A stretch of DNA of 32,000 nt. It comes from Puniceicoccales bacterium (GTDB lineage: Bacteria > Verrucomicrobiota > Verrucomicrobiia > Opitutales > LL51). The translations under genes were made by a program, and so were the position numbers. Positions 26,574-32,000 of this stretch are shown here, in pieces. Below the pieces are notes generated by a model. It searched no databases. It had not been told where the DNA came from and was given only the letters and a program-made list of their open reading frames with translations. Each line of letters begins with the position of its first letter. Positions within the stretch are counted from its first letter, which is position 1. Location: NCBI GenBank assembly GCA_031283585.1, contig JAITBP010000003.1, positions 60,001-92,000 of the forward strand, written 5' to 3'.

Positions 26574-27635
26574 TTAGAATTCAAAATTGTCGCTGCTTGT
26601 CAGGGTTTTTGCAAACTCACATAGCAGCTTAATGGCATTGCTGATGTCGTCCAAATGGGCTGTCTCTGCCGGTGTGTGCATATAGCGAAGAGGTATGGAT
26701 ACCAGGCCTGTGGCCACTCCACCTCTTGAAATCTGCATCGATCTGGCATCGGTGCCGGTTGGAGCTGGTTCGGACTCTATTTGGTAAGGTATTTTAGCCT
26801 TTTCAGCACACTTTACCAGTTTTTCGAAAACCAGTGGATTTATGTTACAGCCTCTCGCAATTATCGGTCCTGCTCCTAGCTCAATCTTGCCAAAGCGCTT
26901 TTGATCGCAGCTAGGGAAATCTGTGGCATGACCCACATCAACTGCCAGGCCAACGTTAGGCCGGATTGAAAATGTTGATGTTATGGCTCCACGAGTACCA
27001 ACTTCTTCCTGTACAGAAGCTACTGATACAACGCCACATTTTAACGAAGATTTTTCTTCCATAAGTTTATTGATGACCTCCATTACGACGTAGGTGCCGG
27101 CTTTGTCATCGAATGCCTTGCCAGTAATCACCTTACCCTGAATGGCGGCCACGTCTGGCATGTCATATACCACGGGATCGCCGATCTGTACTAATTTTTT
27201 GGCTTCTTTTTCATTTTTGCAGCCCAGATCGATCCATAGGTCATAGGCTTTTGGCACCTTGTTGCGTTCATCCGAGTCCAAAAGGTGTACTGCCCTTTTT
27301 CCAGTGACACCGTGGATCGGTCCATTTTTTGTCAGGACAATCACTCTTCTTCCGGAAATCATCGAGATATCATGGCCACCAACCGTATCAAAGTATACAA
27401 ACCCTTTGTCATCAATGTATTTGACAAGGAATCCAAGCTCATCCATATGGCCAGATAGCATCAGCAGTGGTGTTTTGCCCTCATTTATATAGGCATAGCG
27501 ATTGCCCATCACATCTTTTTTGTACACCTCGGCTTTGTTATCCATGTATCTGTCCACAACCTTCTGGGCTTCGAATTCATAGCCCGATGGAGATCTTGCA
27601 GCCATTAAATCTATGAGAAATTTTGGAATATTCAT
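26574..27635 (-). CDS. M42 family metallopeptidase (glutamyl aminopeptidase / FrvX/CelM-like).
   Basis: Motifs present are SPSGYE, SGHMDELGF, FDDKAG and EEVGTRGA. I chose the ATG at 27635. The track start at 27641 is a TTG. Confidence 0.85.
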   Translation of the reverse strand: MNIPKFLIDLMAARSPSGYEFEAQKVVDRYMDNKAEVYKKDVMGNRYAYINEGKTPLLMLSGHMDELGFLVKYIDDKGFVYFDTVGGHDISMISGRRVIVLTKNGPIHGVTGKRAVHLLDSDERNKVPKAYDLWIDLGCKNEKEAKKLVQIGDPVVYDMPDVAAIQGKVITGKAFDDKAGTYVVMEVINKLMEEKSSLKCGVVSVASVQEEVGTRGAITSTFSIRPNVGLAVDVGHATDFPSCDQKRFGKIELGAGPIIARGCNINPLVFEKLVKCAEKAKIPYQIESEPAPTGTDARSMQISRGGVATGLVSIPLRYMHTPAETAHLDDISNAIKLLCEFAKTLTSSDNFEF

Positions 27636-27756
27636 AATCAACTACACACCGTGATAACTAATAACATAGCCGATAGGTGGTTAGTATGAATATCAAGGCC
27701 TATAAGATATTGTCAATAGCTATATTAATTGTTAGAATTCTGTCGGTGAAAATTTT

Positions 27757-28698
27757 ATGAAACTGGCTATTTGTATACCGGTCCATGGATTCAGTGATGT
27801 GTTCCATAATACATTGGACATCATAGCTAATTGTGATGATGACCGGGTTAAAACCGCAACCATCGTCGTTAGCAATAGTGGTGCGGCTTTTGGTGAAGAT
27901 TCCATAAGGTTTGACCGGAAAAAAATACTGGGCGTTCCTGGAAATTTCTACTGGTCGAAGGCCGTTGAGGTTTTGTATAAGTACTGCATCGCCGAGAACT
28001 TCGACAAGGTTTTGCTGATGAATCACGACTGCCATCCGGCCACAAACACATTGAAACAGCTTCTTGATTTACACGAGACCTATCCGGAGCATGTTCTCCA
28101 TCCTGTTGTGGTAGATGCGGTTGATGAAAAAATTATCTGGGCAGGCATAGATATCAAGTTCTGCCGCCGTCCCCGGTGGAGGTATTTGGGCGATTCATTA
28201 AAAGATCTGCCAAGTCAATGCTATGAGACCGATTGTGCACCAGGACAGATGTTGTTGTTACCCCTGGGCGCTGTCAGGCCAGAATGTTTAAAAGCAAAAT
28301 ATTTCCCGCATTATTTTTCTGATTTTGTGCAGATCCGGGAACTCCAGCGCCGGGGTATAAAAACACTGGTGGTTCCCGATGCTATTGCCTATGCGAATGA
28401 AGCCGATTATGAAAGAAAAAAATTATTTATGGATACCGGAACCTGGGCCGGTGTGTTCAGGGCATTCTTCGATGTTCGATCCCAGAGAAATTTGCGTAGC
28501 AGAATCCTGGCTCCATTTTTTCTCCAAAGTAATCTGTTTGGCGCGTTGATTCAACTGGGTTATCAATTCCCAGGGAGCATAGCAAAAACCATCCTCGAAA
28601 GGCTAGCTAAGTACATCGTGCACAGAGACCAACAACCTAGTCATCAAGCTGATCGGAAATTTCATCAGGAAAATCGTGATTGGAAAAAACCATCTTGA
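27757..28698 (+). CDS. Putative glycosyltransferase (GT2-like fold), hypothetical.
   Basis: The N-terminal pattern is LAICIPVHG...TIVVSNSG...LLMNHDCHP, followed by DCAPGQMLLLPLGAV and HYFSDFVQIRELQRRGIK. This resembles GT-A family 2 enzymes only loosely. The 3' end overlaps the convergent yebC by 62 nt. Confidence 0.4.
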   Translation: MKLAICIPVHGFSDVFHNTLDIIANCDDDRVKTATIVVSNSGAAFGEDSIRFDRKKILGVPGNFYWSKAVEVLYKYCIAENFDKVLLMNHDCHPATNTLKQLLDLHETYPEHVLHPVVVDAVDEKIIWAGIDIKFCRRPRWRYLGDSLKDLPSQCYETDCAPGQMLLLPLGAVRPECLKAKYFPHYFSDFVQIRELQRRGIKTLVVPDAIAYANEADYERKKLFMDTGTWAGVFRAFFDVRSQRNLRSRILAPFFLQSNLFGALIQLGYQFPGSIAKTILERLAKYIVHRDQQPSHQADRKFHQENRDWKKPS

Positions 28699-29389
28699 CA
28701 TCGTCCAATTCATCGAGTTTGTCTAAAAGTTTTACGATTTTTTTTGCTGTTTCGATGTCGGTGATCTGAACGTAGTTATTGGGAATATAGGCCAATTCAG
28801 AGGCTTCTACCGCTACATTTGCTTCAACTAAGGCCTGGGAAAGCTTATCATATTCGCTGACCTGGCACAGAACCTCAAAAATATCCTCTTCTTTCTTAAC
28901 GTCCTCGGCCCCAGCGTTTACTACGATGTCCATCAGTTTGTCTTCGGTTATGTCGTTGGCCGGAACTATGAATTGGCCCATTCTTTGAAAATTGAATGCT
29001 AGAGCTCCCGGGGAAGCTAAATTGCCGCCACATTTTGTAAAAACACTTCTTACTTCGGATACGGTACGATTCTTGTTATCGGTGGTAACTTCAACAATCA
29101 CGCCAATGCCGCCATAGGCATATCCTTCATACATAAGTTCTTCTATGATGACACCCGGGATTTCCCCGGTACCTTTTTGGATGGCTTTTTTAACGTTGTC
29201 GGCGGGCATGTTTGCCGCCTTTGCTTTCTGGATAACGGTTCGCAGCCGAGGATTAAATTCGGAATCACCGCCACCGGCTCGAGCCGCAATGGTCAATTCT
29301 TTGCTCAAAATACTGAACAGTTTACCTCTTTTAGCATCAACGGCAGCCTTATGCCTTTTCGTTGTAGCCCATTTACTATGTCCTGACAT
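28637..29389 (-). CDS. yebC: YebC/PmpR family DNA-binding transcriptional regulator.
   Basis: The N-terminus MSGHSKWATTKRHKAAVDAKRGK is diagnostic. The length is 250 aa. The start lies 9 nt after the yidC stop codon, with an AGGAGGA Shine-Dalgarno sequence. Confidence 0.93.
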   Translation of the reverse strand: MSGHSKWATTKRHKAAVDAKRGKLFSILSKELTIAARAGGGDSEFNPRLRTVIQKAKAANMPADNVKKAIQKGTGEIPGVIIEELMYEGYAYGGIGVIVEVTTDNKNRTVSEVRSVFTKCGGNLASPGALAFNFQRMGQFIVPANDITEDKLMDIVVNAGAEDVKKEEDIFEVLCQVSEYDKLSQALVEANVAVEASELAYIPNNYVQITDIETAKKIVKLLDKLDELDDVKMVFSNHDFPDEISDQLDD

Positions 29390-29398
29390 TAATTCCTC

Positions 29399-31126
29399 CT
29401 AAATTTTTCGCTTTTTTTTCTTACCATGATCAGGCTCGGCCGGATCGACCTCTAGGTTTTTGTTATTCAACACAAATTGCTGTAATATTGTGAATAAATT
29501 TTGAATTGTCCAATATAGAACCAACCCGGATGGCAAATTATAACAAAAAAATGTGAAAATTACTGGCATAAACTGAAACATTTTTTTCTGAACATTGTCT
29601 ATGCTTGGGCTTGGCATTATCTTCATCTGCAGGTAGGTAGTAAGTCCCATTATAAACGGCAACGGATTTATCGGAAAGGCCCCGATCCTTCCCAATGTGT
29701 CTGGCATGGACAGATCTTTTATCCATAAAAACTCAGCAAATCTCAAATCTGACGCAGTCCTCAGCATGGAGTATAAGCCCAAAAATATCGGTATTTGGAT
29801 AAAAATCGGAAGACAGCCGGCGGCCGGATTTATCTTATTAGCTTTAAACAACTTCATTGTTTCTGCCTGTAGTTTTTGCGGATTATCTCGAAACTTTTCC
29901 TTTATTTCGCGCATAGGTTCCTGGATTTTTGCCATCCGACGAGATGATCGAACCTGGGCCGTGGTTAAAGGCCACAAGACCAATTTAACTATCAGCGTCA
30001 GGATGATGATCGTCAGGCCCCAGTTTCTTATAATCGAATGAATTCCTCGCATCATCAGCAGAAGAATTTTCCCTATAAAGCCGAAAAATCCGAATTGCAT
30101 GACCAAATCCTGGTTATGACCAAGCCTATCCAGTTTAACGAAGTCCTTGGGCCCGGTATAGAATTCTGCCTCAAGTATTTTGGTTTCACCGGCATTTAGA
30201 ATGCCAAGGTTGAATTCCAAAGATCCGGCCACGGTGTCCTTGGCACTTTTTGACATGTAATCGTAGGATTTGGCAGGAAAGGCCAAAAATCCACAGGCCG
30301 GTGTGTTTGGTCTCAAAACCGCCGCAAAAAATTGGTTTTTTACAGAGCCCCAGCTGATCGTAGACTTGCTAGATATTACTTCGCGAGCATCTCTTCGGCC
30401 CAGGCCCAGAAAGCCACTGCTGGCACTGAAGTCGGTCAGATTCAGGAAGTGGACATTTCGCCCATCGTAGTAACCAAAATTTAGAAATTCTCCGGTGGAA
30501 TCGCTGGCCGTTGGCGGAAAACTACCAAGTTCAAGGAATACACCCCTGAGATCAAATGCCTGGGTTCCATTGTTGGTAAATTTTGTCGAATGTTTTATTA
30601 GATATTTTTCTGTAGACTCTTCGTCACGAGGCACCGAATAGGACCTTTCGATAACAAGGCCATTGGTTGTTTTATAGCTGAACGATATGGAGTTGTCGTT
30701 ATGTTGCTTGACCACCGTTTCGTTGGTAAAAAATTTCCTGTTTTCTCCAGAAATCGACAGGGACAATGCTGGTATATCGGATTCCTTATTAAAAATAAAC
30801 GGCTCGGTTTCGCCTTTTTTCACCGGATATTTTAAAAATGAAACGCTTTCGATTGTGCCACCAAGATTGCTTAGATTCAATAAGATGCTATCGTTTTTTA
30901 TGGTGAAATATTTTGGCTCATTATCTTTTTGTGAAATGGTCTGTTGATCAACCACCGGTACCAGGTCTTCGTTGTTGGTTGTACGATTAATCGCCAAACC
31001 ATGGCCAACAGGACCGCTAGGCCTAGGCAGAGCAGCTGTGGTTCTAATTTGACTGCCGTGGTAGAGCATGAGGCCAAGTGCCGCAATAATGCAAAACATT
31101 CCTGCCCAGAAACTACTTTTATCCAT
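29399..31126 (-). CDS. yidC: Membrane protein insertase YidC (long diderm type with a periplasmic P1 domain).
   Basis: The C-terminal core is NWGLTIIILTLIVKLVLWPL, GCLPIFIQIPIFLGLY and LPSGLVLYWTIQNLFTILQQ, followed by a basic tail. I chose the ATG at 31126. The ORF is open back to the TTG at 31147. Confidence 0.9.
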   Translation of the reverse strand: MDKSSFWAGMFCIIAALGLMLYHGSQIRTTAALPRPSGPVGHGLAINRTTNNEDLVPVVDQQTISQKDNEPKYFTIKNDSILLNLSNLGGTIESVSFLKYPVKKGETEPFIFNKESDIPALSLSISGENRKFFTNETVVKQHNDNSISFSYKTTNGLVIERSYSVPRDEESTEKYLIKHSTKFTNNGTQAFDLRGVFLELGSFPPTASDSTGEFLNFGYYDGRNVHFLNLTDFSASSGFLGLGRRDAREVISSKSTISWGSVKNQFFAAVLRPNTPACGFLAFPAKSYDYMSKSAKDTVAGSLEFNLGILNAGETKILEAEFYTGPKDFVKLDRLGHNQDLVMQFGFFGFIGKILLLMMRGIHSIIRNWGLTIIILTLIVKLVLWPLTTAQVRSSRRMAKIQEPMREIKEKFRDNPQKLQAETMKLFKANKINPAAGCLPIFIQIPIFLGLYSMLRTASDLRFAEFLWIKDLSMPDTLGRIGAFPINPLPFIMGLTTYLQMKIMPSPSIDNVQKKMFQFMPVIFTFFCYNLPSGLVLYWTIQNLFTILQQFVLNNKNLEVDPAEPDHGKKKKRKI

Positions 31127-31281
31127 AGATATTTGCCTACAAACCAAAGTAGGTTGTTAAGCCATTGCAAGGATTTTCAGGAAAATCCAATAATTGTCTC
31201 TGATATTTTATAACAATATTTCATAATCTTAAAAATTTTCTTGCCTGTCATCTTGATTAATGTTTAACATTAGCATCGCGT

Positions 31282-31749
31282 ATGTGTGAGTTTGGACTGA
31301 GTGTTGGTGAGAATGGGAGCGGTACTAGGACTGCGAATAGATTACTGGCGGTGCAATTTCTTTATATGGCCGAGGTCAGAAATCTGGATGATGTGGGCTC
31401 TGAATTTGTTACCTTCTTTGATGCGGTGAATGTGGATGGCATGGATTGTACATTCGCGTCGGAATTGGTTACATTGGTTTTATCTAACCGTGAGGAAATA
31501 GACTCAGCCATACGGAAATGCGCTACAAATTGGCAGATAAACAGGATCGCAAAGGTGGAACTATGTGTACTGCGCATGGCTATCGCGGAAATGTTATTTA
31601 GACAGGATATACCCCCGGTGGTTACGATAAACGAGGCCATTGAGATTATTAAGATGTTGGCAGACAATGATTCAAAGCGATTTGTCAATGGTGTCCTCGA
31701 TAGGGTAAAAGACTCTTTGAATAGGCCGTGTAGAACGGCAAATATATGA
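31282..31749 (+). CDS. nusB: Transcription antitermination factor NusB.
   Basis: Motifs present are [40 protein letters not shown] and FVNGVLD. The length is 155 aa. Confidence 0.85.
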   Translation: MCEFGLSVGENGSGTRTANRLLAVQFLYMAEVRNLDDVGSEFVTFFDAVNVDGMDCTFASELVTLVLSNREEIDSAIRKCATNWQINRIAKVELCVLRMAIAEMLFRQDIPPVVTINEAIEIIKMLADNDSKRFVNGVLDRVKDSLNRPCRTANI

Positions 31750-32000
31750 AGATGGTGAACTATAAATTATCTTCGTTTGAAGATGCGGTTAGAAGACGTA
31801 ATGAGGCAAAAACGTCCGGTGCTGTCGTTGTACTGACAAACGGGTGCTTTGATTTTCTTCACGTGGGACATGTTTTATCGCTGGAATCAGCTAAAAAACT
31901 AGGTGATCATCTATGGGTTGCCATGAACAGTGACGATAGTGTCAAAATGATCAAAGGTGATAACCGACCAATTATGAATGAGGAGGAAAGAGCTTATATG
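31746..32000 (+). CDS. D-glycero-beta-D-manno-heptose-1-phosphate adenylyltransferase-like cytidylyltransferase (RfaE domain II type). It is 3'-truncated by the window end.
   Basis: My own translation from the ATG at 31746 gives [85 protein letters not shown]. The TNGCFDxLHxGH and NSDxSxxxxKGxxRP motifs are present. The ATGA overlaps the nusB stop codon. Confidence 0.75.
   Translation, partial: MKMVNYKLSSFEDAVRRRNEAKTSGAVVVLTNGCFDFLHVGHVLSLESAKKLGDHLWVAMNSDDSVKMIKGDNRPIMNEEERAYM

Overview
The window is a dense, mostly plus-strand stretch of bacterial chromosome made up largely of housekeeping genes. It comes from a diderm organism, shown by the LPS genes (an lpxC-fabZ fusion, lpxA, and a heptose-1-P adenylyltransferase fragment). 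The organism is probably an anaerobe, given the NrdG-type radical-SAM activase and the M42 peptidase. A prepilin-like protein, a sigma-54 activator without a DNA-binding domain and the fused lpxC-fabZ loosely suggest a PVC-like or related lineage, but this is inference only. Recognisable genes are a sigma-54 activator, a YwlE-like phosphatase, rpiB, an nrdG-like activase, tkt, pgk, ruvX, tRNA-Arg(CCG), ligA, tRNA-Ser(CGA), a family-5 ABC substrate-binding protein, glgC, an adk-like kinase, prfA, gap, a sufU-type scaffold, dnaA, lpxC-fabZ, lpxA, atpG/D/C, an M42 aminopeptidase, a GT2-like protein, yebC, yidC, nusB and a 5' fragment of a heptose adenylyltransferase gene. No CRISPR array, IS element, integrase or rRNA was seen. 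The only clearly accessory-looking part is about 9.2-12.5 kb. It holds an orphan pseudopilin-like gene, tRNA-Ser, and a visibly lower-GC two-gene module encoding an exported Lys/Asp-rich protein and an exported stand-alone ComEC-type metallo-beta-lactamase domain protein. That module is the best candidate for something undescribed. Other points worth a second look are listed here.
- The sigma-54 activator lacks its HTH domain and is coupled to a non-kinase acidic protein.
- LigA lacks its BRCT domain.
- A divergent Adk-like protein has an N-terminal extension.
- The LMW phosphatase P-loop is of the arginine-phosphatase type.
- A candidate oriC lies upstream of a dnaA that is not followed by dnaN.
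- atpGDC is detached from the rest of the F-ATPase operon.
All calls rest on reading the supplied translations and the DNA by eye. No database search was run.
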